64,000 nucleotides of DNA from Octopus vulgaris (GCA_951406725.2 OX597819.1:76756001-76820000); one strand, 5' to 3'. Positions 14,518 through 29,099 are shown, numbered from the stretch's first letter. Notes: a model not told the origin generated them from the sequence alone. Program-made: numbers and translations.

Positions 14518-14689
14518 GGCCTAGCATTGTCTTTCAGTCCAAAGCATATTGGAAAGGGTACTTTAACAGAAATAAAGAAACTTAGCGACATTAAAAGTCT
14601 TAGGTCAAAGTGTAAATCAACCACTTCAACTATCATCAGAAACATACATTGAGAGTGGTTAGCTCATTTGTGCAGATTCAGGTTGTAAG

Positions 14690-14808
14690 TCCAACAGCTG
14701 TTTCTGGGGGGCTTGCATATCCATATTGTTAGTAGGTGGGATTCATCACAATATGTGGCTGTAATGGATACAATCAATATTGGATAAGACGAGCCTCGGT
14801 CATCAAGG
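14690..14808 (-). ncRNA. Hammerhead-like motif with ~95 nt stem II (core C3U)
   Basis: CC-UUGAUGA-CCGAGGCUCG...CAAGCCCCCCA-GAAA-CAGCUG-UU-GG; inverted homologue of 15749-15878. Confidence 0.5.
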
Positions 14809-14839
14809 TAGAGATGATCTTACATTACAGGTCTTAATA

Positions 14840-15036
14840 TGTTTCTCTCAAATTGTCTTCTCTCGTTGTCAATTGTTTTCCATTCTTTCTCTTCTTACAC
14901 GCCTCTAGCTACACCATATATTTTTATTACTGTTTCCTTCCATACATTTCTTTCCTATCACGCCCCGAGTGATTTTTTGCTACAATCTCGCAAATACACG
15001 CATCCAATTCTATCTGTTTGTCAATCTATCTTCACA

Positions 15037-15092
<56 letters not shown>

Positions 15093-15170
15093 TGTACACA
15101 TAAATTTTGTAAACAGCAAGATTAGTCGCTCTTCTGTGATTGTGAGTGAAATACAAGTGATCAATAAACA
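14840..15170 (+). repeat. Dispersed repeat with an inverted copy at 18530-18880
   Basis: cctatcacgccccgagtg and gatgtacacataaattttgtaaacag match the reverse complement of 18530-18880, including the internal (CA)n. Confidence 0.85.
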
Positions 15171-15234
15171 CAGTGTAAAGATATGTGCATGAGTGTGTAT
15201 GTATATATATACATATATATGTATATAAATGTAT

Positions 15235-15590
15235 GGCGCAGGAGTGGCTGTGTGGTAAGTAGCTTGCTTACCAGCCACATGGTTCCGAGTTCAGTCCCAC
15301 TTGGGCAAGTGTCTTCTCCTATAGCCTCGGGCTGACCAAAGCTTTGTGAGTGGGTCCGGTAGATGGAAACTGAAAGAAACCCGTCGTATATAAATATATA
15401 TGTATTTATATGTTTGTGCGTCTGTCTTTGTCCTCCCTCCATCGCTTGACAATTGATGTTGGTGTGTTTATGATAGAATATCAATAGAATTAGTACTTGG
15501 CTTACAAAGACCAAGTCCTGGTTTCGATTCGTTCGACTAAAGACGGTGCTCCAGCACGGCCGCAGTCTAATGATTGAAAGAATAAAAGAA
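15235..15590 (+). mobile_element. Full-length SINE family B
   Basis: ggcgcaggagtggctgtgtggtaag A box, gagttcagtccc B box, cttgggcaagtgtcttc core, internal TA/TG tract, tail gcacggccgcagtc..gaataaaag. Confidence 0.9.
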
Positions 15591-15748
15591 TATAATAATA
15601 TATATATATATATATATAGTGCCTACCTGTAGTTAATTTCGTACTATACTTTTACGCTCCTATTCAAGCACTTCGATACAACGATTGTTAGCGGGCATTT
15701 TGTCATTGCCCTTCTCTACATTAAAATCTGAAATGTAAGATCTTCTCT

Positions 15749-15878
15749 ATCCTGATGAATGAGGCTCGTCTTATCCAATGTTGTTTGTATCCATTACGGC
15801 TACTAACTGCGATGAACCACATCTACCAATATTATCATGGATCTATGGATCTCCGAGCCCCCAGAAATAGCTGTTGGA
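15749..15878 (+). ncRNA. Hammerhead-like motif with ~105 nt stem II
   Basis: CUGAUGA (15752-58), GGCUCG...CGAGCC stem base, GAAA (15864-67), UAGCUG-UU-GGA. Confidence 0.55.
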
Positions 15879-16039
15879 CTTATAACAGCTTTCTTCTAAC
15901 CCTTTAATTTTTTTTGTCGTTTGTACTTTGTGTAAGTTAGATCTATTAATACACATCTCTATATATTTATACTTTAAAATTCATCATCTGGAAGTCTACA
16001 CCTTCTGCTTTCTATAGTTTTGCGTTGGAGACCAACATT

Positions 16040-16190
16040 CCGAGTTCTTTTACAGGGCTTAGAGGAATTGAAGGACCACTGCAATAAGTGTGTGAATCTG
16101 AGAGGGGAATATGTTGAATAAAATCATAATTAATTTATCCTCCTGTATTTTCTTCTACCCAAACCCAGGAACTTTTCACAACCCACTTGT
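16040..16190 (+). mobile_element. Mariner transposase 3' end and right TIR remnant
   Basis: Ends NKCVNLRGEYVE*, then a short 3' region terminating in TA. Confidence 0.65.
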
Positions 16191-16199
16191 ATATATGTG

Positions 16200-16390
16200 T
16201 GTGTATGTATGTCTTTGAGTCTATGTTTGTCCCCTCAAAACCTTGAGAAGTGGTGTTGGTGTGTTTACGTCCTTGTGACTAGGCTTCAAATGAAAATAAG
16301 TCTTGGGGTCGATTTGTTCAGTTAAAACCCTTCAAGGTGGTGCCCCAGCATGGCCGCAGTTAAATGACTGAAAGAAGAAAAGATAACAGA
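16200..16390 (+). mobile_element. SINE family B 3' half
   Basis: ggtgccccagcatggccgcagttaaatgactgaaa. Confidence 0.75.
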
Positions 16391-16940
16391 TAAAAGATAA
16401 CAGGGTATTGGTCAATCCAGCGGGACTATACTAGAATATATTTGCCCAATGTACCGTATATCGCGCAGTAGGTTTGATCTCGAAACCACACGAGTCCAAA
16501 GCGAGATTTTTGAACGATTTCCAAATTGAACGTTTACAATTTATCGATTAATAATTATATTTTTATCTCCGAAAATTTTTTTAAATGAAAAAAATATGAA
16601 AATAAATGGGAAGCACGTAATTAATTTGGATTTTTTTTTTTACGATAATAATAAAATCATACTTATAATTAGAACAAAACAAAGAATATTTTGCGTGATG
16701 AAAATTTATGATTCACGCATTATATATTTATTTCCTTGAAAAACTAAATATTATCGGATTGTTTTGTTCGTTTCCCTATTGCTATATTTCAATATAATTT
16801 TTGCACCTTTTTTCTTTCTTTTTTGCACTTATTTCACCTTTCTCCTTTCCTCTTTTGTTCTCCTTTGGAAGAAGTTTGAATTCTTTTATGTAGTTGTCCA
16901 CATATTCACCTACGATCACACGCTCGTGCTCGCACGCACT

Positions 16941-16990
<50 letters not shown>

Positions 16991-17105
16991 TATATACACA
17001 TAAACACACGCACACACATGCGTATGCACACAAATACGCACATACTCGCGCGCACACCTGCACGCACGTACACAAGTACATACACATTTATATGATATCG
17101 GTATG

Positions 17106-17149
<44 letters not shown>

Positions 17150-17315
17150 TGTATGCAAATATATGCATATATATGTGTATGGTTGTGTGGGTGCACGCGC
17201 GCGTGTGTGTGTATATATGTGCGTATGTATGTGTGTGTGCATGTATATATATATATATATATACGAGTAAATATTGACAGCTTGTTTCTCTGGAATTGTT
17301 CAAATTGATGTAGAC

Positions 17316-17358
17316 GCCTCTGATGAGAATATAATAAAATTCGAAAATCGATTAAGGT
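17316..17358 (+). ncRNA. Minimal type I hammerhead with canonical core
   Basis: GCCU-CUGAUGA-GAAU(AUAAUAAA)AUUC-GAAA-AUCGAU-UA-AGGU; palindromic stem III AAUCGAUU. Confidence 0.75.
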
Positions 17359-17794
17359 TGTTCATCATTTTTTGAGTCTGTGGAGAAACAGCTAAGTTAA
17401 CCCTGTTTATAGATGCACCATATAGACTACATACATCATACGTTGATAGTGTGCAGACTGAGATCCCCGTTGATCGGCCCCTGCCATTAAACAGAGTGTT
17501 AACGGTTACGGTATCCAAATTAGTAGCACCATGTTTTCTATAGCTACTTGGCTGCTGTCTTCTCGAAGAGATTCGGCGTAGCACAGAATGAGACAGAACT
17601 GTCCATTTGAATTGTAAGTACAACTCATTTTTGCCTGCTGAGCAACGTGAAATAAGGTATCTTGCACGAAGACACAACGGGCTGCCAGAAATCGAACTCA
17701 CGACTTTAGAACAGAATATCTTACCACTAAGTCAGGCGCATTCATGTATGCCTATATTGTCTTCCAATTTTGGTACTAGGCTAACAATTTCGGG

Positions 17795-17970
17795 GGAGCG
17801 GGTAAATCGATTACATCGACCCCAATGTCCAACTGTACTTATTTTATCGGCCCGAAAAGGATGAAAAGCATAGTCAGCTTCGGTGAAATTCGAACTCAGA
17901 ACATGCAGACGGACGAAATGCCGCTAAGCATTTTGTCCGGCGTGTTAACGACTCTGCCAGCTCGCCGCCT
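17795..17970 (-). mobile_element. SINE family A
   Basis: gaaattcgaactcagaac...ctgccagctcgccgcc. Confidence 0.85.
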
Positions 17971-18402
17971 TAATATGTACATATACTAGAATTAAAAATG
18001 TATTGCATGTGACTGCCTCCGTTTCATAGTTCCACGCTAATATTCAGTAATTTGGACATAACGATCTTCATCGGAATTTTGTTGTAGATATTGAAGTGAT
18101 TAAACAAAATGGTGGCGAGAGGTCGGCACAAAGCGTTCTCATTTATGTTTCATTGAGAAATAAAATATATCACAAAGAAATCAAAACTAATAATGAACGA
18201 AATGAGAAGGCTACTAACAACTTACAAATGCAGTTTAAAATTCTTGTTATCTCTTTTCAGGTCGAGTGACAAATCACCGGTGACGTCATACGTCGTGTGT
18301 TACGATGACATCTTGATTTTTGCTTCAGGAGCAACGATCGGTGTATCCAAGTGCTTGTATAGGAATGTAAGATTATAGTACGGAATTAAATACAGGCAGA
18401 CA

Positions 18403-18465
<63 letters not shown>

Positions 18466-18529
18466 TACATATATATATATGTATATATGTATATATATAT
18501 ACATGTATATATCTTGGCATATCTGTACA

Positions 18530-18610
18530 TATTGATCGCCTGTATTTTACTCACAATCACAGAACAGCGACTAATCATCCTGTTTACAAAATTTATGCGT
18601 ACATCTGTGT

Positions 18611-18664
<54 letters not shown>

Positions 18665-18880
18665 GTGTGTGTGCGTGTGTGTGTAGATCGAAAAGCAAGT
18701 AGATTCGGATGTGTGAATTTGCGAGTTGGTAGCAAAAGAGTCACTACACTCGGGGCGTGATAGGAAAGAAATTCATGAAAGGAAACAGTAATAAAAAATA
18801 TATGGTATGGCTGGAGGTGTGTAAGAAGAGAAAGAATGGATGACAATTGACAAAGAGAGAAGACAATTAGAAAGAAATAT
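18530..18880 (-). repeat. Inverted copy of 14840-15170
   Basis: See 14840-15170. Confidence 0.85.
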
Positions 18881-19225
18881 ATAAACACAGAGAGAGAAGG
18901 AGGAGGAAGAAGAAGTGAGGTGGGTGGAAAAATTGAAGAACACAAATGTATTTGACGAACAACAGGAAAAGTGTAAAAGAATACTAGATGAGTAGTGTTG
19001 TATAGGTAGATATATAGGTAAATACATAAATAGGTATACACATGCACAGGCACAAGCATACACACAAACACACACACACACACGCACACCACACACACTC
19101 ACACAGAGAGACACACATATATTCACATGTAGGCAGATAGATTAAATACGCGCATATAAATATACGTGTCTGTACTTATATGTGTGTGTATACACACACA
19201 TACATACACACACACACAGGCGCAT

Positions 19226-19323
<98 letters not shown>

Positions 19324-19770
19324 CTAGAAAATGAAATGGAAAGAGCAGCTGACAAATCACGCGACACTCGTACAAGAGAATTAAACTAATTTCCTATGGT
19401 ACATGATTTTTTGCATTTCCTATTTGTAATTTGATTTTTAACAAAATACGAATCATACTGAGTCGGTTGTTACTAGAAAATTGGGTTGGATATCTGATTT
19501 ATTTGTTGCCATCTCTCTTTGATCGAAGTTCAAATCCCTTTGCTTTGGACAACATTGTTTCTGAACACTGAAATATGTGTCTGGTGGAACATGCGCACTG
19601 CATTAATCTTCACCCTTTACGAATCTCCCGCATTTTTAATTTACTGCATACTACCTACACTATTGCCCTTTGTATACAAGCATCATAAAATTGGATGCAG
19701 AATACATTTGGTATCAACACAGATAAAAACGCTTGGATGTTTTTCACTTCGTCCTTGCTGTGGTGATTCT

Positions 19771-19850
19771 GGACAGCCACTTCCACTTTTAATAGGGAAC
19801 GTGGGTAACAGGACAGCCACTTCCACTTTTAATAGGGAACGTGGGTAACA
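19771..19850. repeat. Perfect 40 bp tandem duplication
   Basis: ggacagccacttccacttttaatagggaacgtgggtaaca x2. Confidence 0.97.
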
Positions 19851-21021
19851 AAACTGTTAATTTCTCCTGCTTCTGTTCACCTGGTATATGGTCATTTTAT
19901 GATAGTCTGCTTCCAAACACATAACACCTATTGTGCACCTACTACAGATTGTTTGGCTACGTTGTGTAGGATTTCAACCAGACACGTTTCTGAATTTCGA
20001 GCACGGCCTTTTGTCTCATTTCAGTAGGATTCTGTATTCTATTCTGTTAACTAAAACTTTAGGCGTTGCTAAGTTTCCTTCGATACTTCTTGGTTCGAAG
20101 TATTGCCTCCAAAATCTATTATGTGTGACATTCGACTGTAAATATGATTCAGCTTTTTGTGTTTCACTAAAGACTTTGAGCAGCAAGGTATTTTTAAGGC
20201 CTCTCCAACGGCCGACAGCAATAAGTTCAACCACTAACCAACAAGAACGAACATAAATGAAGATTATTTGATAATATTTTATGCCAAGCTTTTTTTTATT
20301 TCTTCTCCTTTTCCATAAACCAACTTTCAGAATCTACTGTAAGCTTACATGCTTTACAATCAAACTCTCTGTTAATAACATGATCAGCATTAAACTTATT
20401 CTGAGCAAACATGGTTGGTGAAGCAATATTTAGACTCTTTGCAAACTCATGTCATGTTATTCCATGCCTCACTACCATAAAGTGAAGTGGACAAGGTTTT
20501 GTATGAAGAGGCTGATAATTTTTCTTTCCTTATTTTTGTCGATATTCAACGCATTTCTGCGAATACTGTAATCGATTGACTAATTCTAAAAGTTAGTTAC
20601 AACACAGCTGATGTATATGAAACGTCGTATCAAATAAGCCTTCCATAATCTATGCTATTATTTATCGTTATTTTATGCGTAAGTTTTAGGAATATAAGTA
20701 TCAGAAAAAAGTTGTTATTCAAATGTTTCAGACTGTGAACTATATTACATACAGCTTTAGTATACTGCATAACGTATCATCAGTTATGGTAACTCGCTGA
20801 CTGAAACATGATCTGACCAGCTATTAATAACATATTGACAAGTTAGCAGGTTCTGCTTAATTATATTATGGGAAGCGGGTTGTCGATGTGAAGTTGATAT
20901 TGTAAACTTACTGATGTATAGTTGATTACATTTTGTTTAAATAGTTGCTATTTTCAGATTAGTATTCTCGCTTTCTCCTAGCTTACGACTTGCAATATTT
21001 TCTTTCGCTCACTGTATCATA

Positions 21022-21104
<83 letters not shown>

Positions 21105-21700
21105 TTCTTACACTTTTATTCTCTTTTTTTTTTTATTGTGTACACCTGATACGGATCTAATTATAGCAAAGTGAAAGATGGACGGTGTCAACAAAATAAG
21201 TCTTAGTCTCACAAAGACAGTGATTTCACAGGTAGAGAGTATATCCAATCCTTTTTCGTCTTCGTATAAGTATATATATCTAAGTACATGCACACGCACA
21301 TACATATACACATATATCTATACGTGTATGTGTGTGTGTGTGTATATATATATATATTATTAAGCAAGAAATGGAGAGATTTAATAGATAAAATCAATTA
21401 ATTAATTAACATCGCCTACAATTGTTTCAATTCACACTCAATACAAATTACAAAACATTTATAATAAAATATGTTTGCATTTTGCAGATTTTGAGTGGAA
21501 TATAATCAGGGCGAAATGTTGACTGGTTGAGACATTCTAACAGACAAAGTAAATGAAAGTATGTTTAGTTACTTGCTTAATAATATTTGATATTTATAAC
21601 ATATTTATTAAAGAGATATCGCTTCACAGTATAATATATTAAACCAGTGTAACTTGGCTGGAACCATCCCTATAAGAGGTTTATATCCTCAAATTGACTC

Positions 21701-21847
<147 letters not shown>

Positions 21848-22001
21848 TCACACAAACAAACAAGCTGTCAGAACCACACATAGACACAGAGGTAAAACAC
21901 AAGAGATCTACTCATCAAGTAGCTAGCTGCGAATTATATATATATGCATATATGATAGGGGTACAAGCATAGACTCAAAGGCACACACATAGATATGTAT
22001 G

Positions 22002-23091
<1,090 letters not shown>

Positions 23092-23120
23092 CGGAAACTG
23101 AAAGAAGCTTATCGTATATA

Positions 23121-23192
<72 letters not shown>

Positions 23193-23196
<4 letters not shown>

Positions 23197-23335
23197 CTTC
23201 TTTCAGTTTCCGTCTACTAAATCCACTCATAAGGCTTTGGTCAGCCCCATGCTATAGTAGAAGACATTTACCCAAGGTATCACGTAGTGGGACTGGACCC
23301 TGAAACCATGTGACTTCTTACCACACAGGCACACC
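23193..23335 (-). mobile_element. SINE family B 5' half
   Basis: aagcttctttcagtttccgtctac...cttaccacacaggcacacctg. Confidence 0.85.
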
Positions 23336-24015
23336 TGTGTGCGTGACACTGGAGCCACAAATTCGTGAAAGAATACTTAATAGACGTAGCAAAGTTTATT
23401 TATTCATAAGAACTATTTTATGGTTGCCCATGTAACGGAAAACGATAGTGCTAACGTGCAAAAGAGAAGAACTAAAACATAAAAGTATTACGAAGTAACA
23501 AGTAAGTTCAAAGTTAGGTAGGATTCGCAACGTACAAAAAGGAATGGAGCATTTTTTTATCGCATTTGCGGCCTAACAAAAATAAATTATAAATTTAAAT
23601 AAAAAGAAGTCGACAATAATACGTAAACTATTCCCGCGACATACTTCTTTGCTACGCTGAGTTTTCATTTTGTGATATACTTTTTGAATGTTTCACAGCT
23701 TAAGTTAGAGACTCTACGTCTGTATAGGAACGTTAATTTTGAATGTTATGAAACAGTCGTTATTTTTTATTGCTTTTAATTTTTTTTTTTTTTTGTGAGT
23801 TGTTGTTGATTATAAATAAAGATTTCGGAAGATTTCTCTGGAAATGATCATCCTATGGAAAATGAAAAGCAGATACGTACTGTGTACTTGAAATAGGTTT
23901 GTGCTTGGTATATCTGTTTGTGTGTAAAGATTAGAGGATATCAACCATATAATCTGCTAATTTTGGATTCCAGAGCATGCAGGTAAGCTGTCATTGCATG
24001 TCGCTATATCGTATA

Positions 24016-24101
<86 letters not shown>

Positions 24102-24686
24102 TGTCTGTGCGTGCATATATGTATGTATGTGTTTTCAGCACTGCCTGGCTGGATGATGGATGGATGGATGGATTGAAGAGAGTGGTTTTAAAGACAAAAT
24201 ACATTACATGCAAAACATATATATATATATATATACATATATATTATTTTTTTATTTCATCTAGTTTCAGCTCACGAGCTGTGGCCATGCTGGGGCACCG
24301 CCATATATAGATATATACACACACACATATACATACATAAATAGATACACATGTACGTATGTGTGTGTATGAGAGAGAGCGTGTGTGTGTGTGTGTGCGT
24401 GTGTGTGCGTGTACAGCGTATGGCTTTCCTTTTTATTTATTTTTTATTTATTTATTTTTTTTTGTATTAAAAGCAGAACTGTGCAGTATTTTCTTAGGGA
24501 TTTTTGCATTGTTCCTTATTAGTCTTTTATATTTTGTTTGGAACAATAAAGTTCTTAGCTTCATTCATGCTTCTGAAAACTCCTCGTTTTATCTTCTGCA
24601 AGAAGTGGTTGTTAGTGTTGTTCTATTATTACCATTTTCATTGCAGACCAAAAGGCACAACAACGATAATGTTGCGTCTGTTTCAG

Positions 24687-24980
24687 ATTCATCGTCGCTG
24701 AATTTGAATTTTCTTTGTCTATCAACGTCAAGTACCTTTCAACCATCAGAGAATAGTTCACCCATACTGACTGGTCAGAATTTGTTGCTAAGTTGCACTA
24801 TATCTGTGTTAAGTTTGGATTTTGCTATTAATATGGTTTCCACAAACCAGTCTTTTACGTTTTATGCGAATTCTAAATAAGAAAATCGTTCTATCAACTG
24901 TATGTGTGTTGTTGAAGTAAGGTTTCTTGTTTCAAATGCGTGGCCAACCGGTATGTTAGCGTGATACTTGAACATCCAAT
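24687..24980 (+). pseudogene. Possible decayed immunoglobulin-domain exon
   Basis: After a tttcag acceptor, one frame reads PILTGQNLLLSCTIS...SFTFYANSK*ENRSINC...*YLNIQ. 294 bp, phase 1-1; two stops; donor position reads AT. Confidence 0.3.
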
Positions 24981-25176
24981 ATAGCTTCAGGGTGAAGATG
25001 GATTTTACAACCTTTTCTGATTATACATACATTAGTTTATCCGGTGGCTTGCTGATCTATAGTCTGTTTGTTTATGAGATATTAAAAGAAAAACATAAAT
25101 ACTTTGTCGGTAATAAACATTAGTTTTTAATTTGTGTATGTGAGTGTGTGTGTATGTGTGTGTGAGTGAATGAGTG

Positions 25177-25218
<42 letters not shown>

Positions 25219-25334
25219 GGTGTGATTTTCGGGGATTAGTGGTTAATTAGTGTATTGAGTAAAGCACATTCACAGTTTGGGCTACCTGATGTCATCCACA
25301 GTTGGGATATATTTCCACTGGATCTACGACAGAC

Positions 25335-25428
<94 letters not shown>

Positions 25429-26386
25429 ACTTCCACGCACAGATGCTTGCGCGCACACAGACACACTGTTGGAAGCCTTGTCTATTTCGTTCTTTATCTC
25501 AGACCATCCTTAATCCTCGAAAGCTGTTACATGGACACTCAATGTTCATTACCCTTCATTTATGCATATCAGAAACTATGGGTGGAGGTGGGGAAGAGAC
25601 CATAGTCTTAATTTAGACAGAGTCTAAGACACACTGACCGAAACCGAGCTAAGTTTCTATCATATAATGTATCCTTTATTACTTATTCAGTGCTTTATTT
25701 TTTTCAGTTGTTTACACGTAATTCCCTGTGACCTACACATACCCTAGACATATGTTTAACCTTCTACTAACGTTAAAAATTATTAGTATTGCTCAATAAT
25801 AAAGTAAATTTTCTCGTGTCCGTACCACTGGGACTGGAGGGTTGCCGGATTAATGAGTTATTCGGATATCTGATTATCACGTCTTAAATTATCATTTCAT
25901 CATACGAAGCTCATTAAAACTCTCTCTATATATATATATACATCAGTAATAACACTGCAATTCTGAATATAGTCGAAATGAGAGAAATAAGAAAAAATAA
26001 AGATATAATTTAAATAGAGAAATTTTATTCATCTAATACAATTCAAGAACTGTAAATGCAGTAAATTATAATGTACTGTATTTTGAGAAGCAATGATCCA
26101 TTTTTAGATATAATAGAAATTTTCTTTTCTTTAGTGATAGAGGGAGTTTACTACATGTAGTTACATAGAACACTGCTTGAATCAGAATAACGGAAATGTG
26201 TTCAAAATAGATAAATCTACAGGTATTTATTCAAATGTCTTAGTTGCAGTGGTTGTAAATGATTTGAAAACATGTTATCGCTCTGTTGAATAAATATAAA
26301 CGTAACTGAGAATTCTCCTACAGAATTCTCTTACAAATCTCGTTAAAAAGGTTGCATCCTTATTTTACATTTGCCTAAATCAGTAT

Positions 26387-26945
26387 TTTTTCTCGCCCTT
26401 TTCAAGCTTAGCCAAACTCATGGGCCCGGTTTCCTGGTTTCTGTGGCGTATGTGCCCCTCCCCCAGCTGGGTGGGACGCCAGTCCATCGCAGCGTTACTC
26501 AAGAAACAGGAAGAGTGAGAGAAAGTTGTGGCGAAAGAATACAACAGGTGTCGCCACCAACCCCTGCTGGAGCTTTGTGGAACTTTTAGGTGTTTCTGCT
26601 CAATAAACACATACAACGCCCGCTCTGGAGATCGAAATCGCGATCCTCCGACTGCGAGTCCGCTGCCCTAACCACTGGGCCATTGCGCCTCCACAAATGC
26701 GCCCTTTTAAAGCTTAGCCAGGCTCATGGGCCCGGTTTCCCGGTTTAAATGGCGTATGTGTTCCTAAGCTGGATGGGACGCCAGTCCATCGCAGCGTTAC
26801 TCATTTTTGCCAGCTGAGTGGACTGGAGCAACGTGAATTGAAGTGTTTTGCTCATGAACACAACGCGTCGCCCGGTCCAGGAATCGAAACCACAATCTTA
26901 CGATCATGATGCTGACACCCTAATCACTAAGCCACGCGCCTCCAC
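26387..26945 (-). mobile_element. Tandem pair of SINE family C elements within one TSD
   Basis: Two heads (gtggaggcgc...gtggttagggcag and gtggaggcgcgtggcttag) sharing a 3' tail; aaatcagtat at 26377-26386 and 26946-26955. Confidence 0.85.
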
Positions 26946-27752
26946 AAATCAGTATAGTTTAAATAATTTTAAATATTAGTGAATTATAAGATATAACGCT
27001 CACTGTCTTCATGATTTACATATAATCAGTTAAATCTATATGTACTTAATTGAATAGTATGTATTCATATTAAAAACATAAATCAGAGGAATGTTACAGG
27101 CATTCTGATTTACGCTATGTTGTTCTATATAAAAGTATATTGTATGATTAACTCCGTGGCCGACTAACCCACTATATGCAGATCAGGAAGACTAGTAACA
27201 CTATCTACTGATAAGCAACTGATATTTATAGCAATTTAAATTACTAGTACATGGGAGAGCCGATGAATAGTAGTACATTTTCCCTCATGAGAGAATAATC
27301 ATCTTCAGTAGAAGTTTGTAACAAGATTTTCACTCACATTTTTGTTTGAGTAACATTTTGCTTACCTAGAAAGTCATCGGTGAATCCGCACGCTAAATGC
27401 TTAATATTCCAGGGTGGTCACCGGCGAATCTTAATGGTGATATTTTTATGGTGCTTCACATTGCTGTGGTTCAAACTACATCGTTTTCATTTTTGGTAAT
27501 GTACAGAACAAATGTTTCTTTGTATTTCTCGGATGCTTTTGAACTTGAATCAAATAGACGCTGAAATAAAACCTAAGAAGTGTGCAAGCTACCCTCCGTG
27601 AAAATGTTATTGTGAAAAGAAGCCATTAAAGCTTATATTACTATATACATTGAAATAATCTGTAGAAAAAAAAATCACAAATAAATGAAAAAAATTCATA
27701 AACTGAGATATAATCGATATATTTTGGCAATTTGTAATACGTAGTGTTACAA

Positions 27753-27962
27753 GACGGTGAGCTGGCAGAATCGTTAGCATGCCGGGCAAAGTACTTAGCA
27801 GCATTTTGTCCGTCCTTAGGTTTTGAGTTCAAATTCCGCCAAGGTCGACTTAGCTTTTCATCCTTTCGAAGTCAATAAAATAAAGAGCAATTGAGCTCTG
27901 GGGTCGATGTAACTGACTTAGCCCCTCTCCCTATATTACTGTCCTTGTGCCAAAATTTGAAA
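27753..27962 (+). mobile_element. SINE family A
   Basis: gagctggcagaatcgttagc...gagttcaaattccgcc. Confidence 0.88.
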
Positions 27963-28109
27963 CCATTAAGTAGTATTACCGGTATCTCCCGCTGTATAGA
28001 ATGAATATGATATTCGTTCTGTATCGCAAGTACCGGGAGTGTCACCGGTGATAGTCATGCTGTAAAACGATGTGATTGGTTTTATGTAGTGAACTGCAAC
28101 ATAACTTTT

Positions 28110-28530
28110 ACCTTTTACTTGCTTCAGTCATTAGACGACGGCTATGCAGGGGCACCACATTGAAGGATTTAGTCGAATAGATCTAACTGCTTATTTTTCA
28201 ACCTGACACTTATTCTATCGATCTTTCGCCGAACTGCTAAGTTATGCGGACGCAAACAAACCAGTACCGGTCACCTAGAGGTTGTAGCGGACAAACACAA
28301 TCACACACGCGCACTCACATACACACTCACACGTATATACAGACATACATACACGCGTGCACACACACACATATACATATTTCTTTCAGTTTCCATCTAC
28401 GACATCCACCCACAAGGCTTTTATTGAGCTGGTGATTTAGTAGAAGACTAGAAGTTGCCCAAGATGTCAAACATCGGGAATGGACCCGAAAGAATATGGT
28501 TGGAAAGCAAGCTTCTTACCACACATCTAG
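28110..28530 (-). mobile_element. SINE family B
   Basis: cagtcattagac...ttctttcagtttccatctac...cttaccacac. Confidence 0.78.
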
Positions 28531-29099
28531 GCCAAAAAAAAAATCATGATTCATATCAAAATTATACCATTGGTGCAAGAAAACATATGGCAAAATGGGC
28601 TGTTTACTTAAGAGGAAGATAGGATGTTTTCACATTGTCTGCAATCTTCACTACAAAAGCTTTCAAATAAAGAATTGAAGGGTTACCTAGAGCATACGTG
28701 CTTCAGGTAATTCTAATTTACGCAGTGTTCTACATAGATATATAGTATTTAAGAACGCTACGCTGCATTAATTCATACAAAAATATAATATATACTTCAG
28801 GTCGTTTGAAGATCTAGCAGTAACAGAATATGTTTCGCTGATGACGTCTACTAATATTGAAGCAATGTCGGAATTGTTACTTTGCTATTAAGGCAAGACT
28901 CACTCCCCTTAGATTCTATGTTTAATTAATTTAAACTAATTAGAAGCTGGAGCTTGGACACCTTGGCTTATTTACATAATATGATTTCGATCGATTCCAG
29001 TAGAATAGAGATATAGTTGTTTGGTGCTAAACATAACGAATGAAAAATTACATTTCCTTGGATTGACTTGATTTCATTTCAATTTATATCTGTATAGTA

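Noticed and set aside
18260-18350. Splice-acceptor-like site and YDDILIF (RT-like) peptide
   Set aside because: No flanking RT motifs and no convincing donor.
19520-20260. Possible DNA-transposase remnant (Cys/His-rich, VHNRCY) on the minus strand
   Set aside because: Too degraded to assign without a profile search.
28837-28880. CUGAUGA match
   Set aside because: No stem II or GAAA follows.
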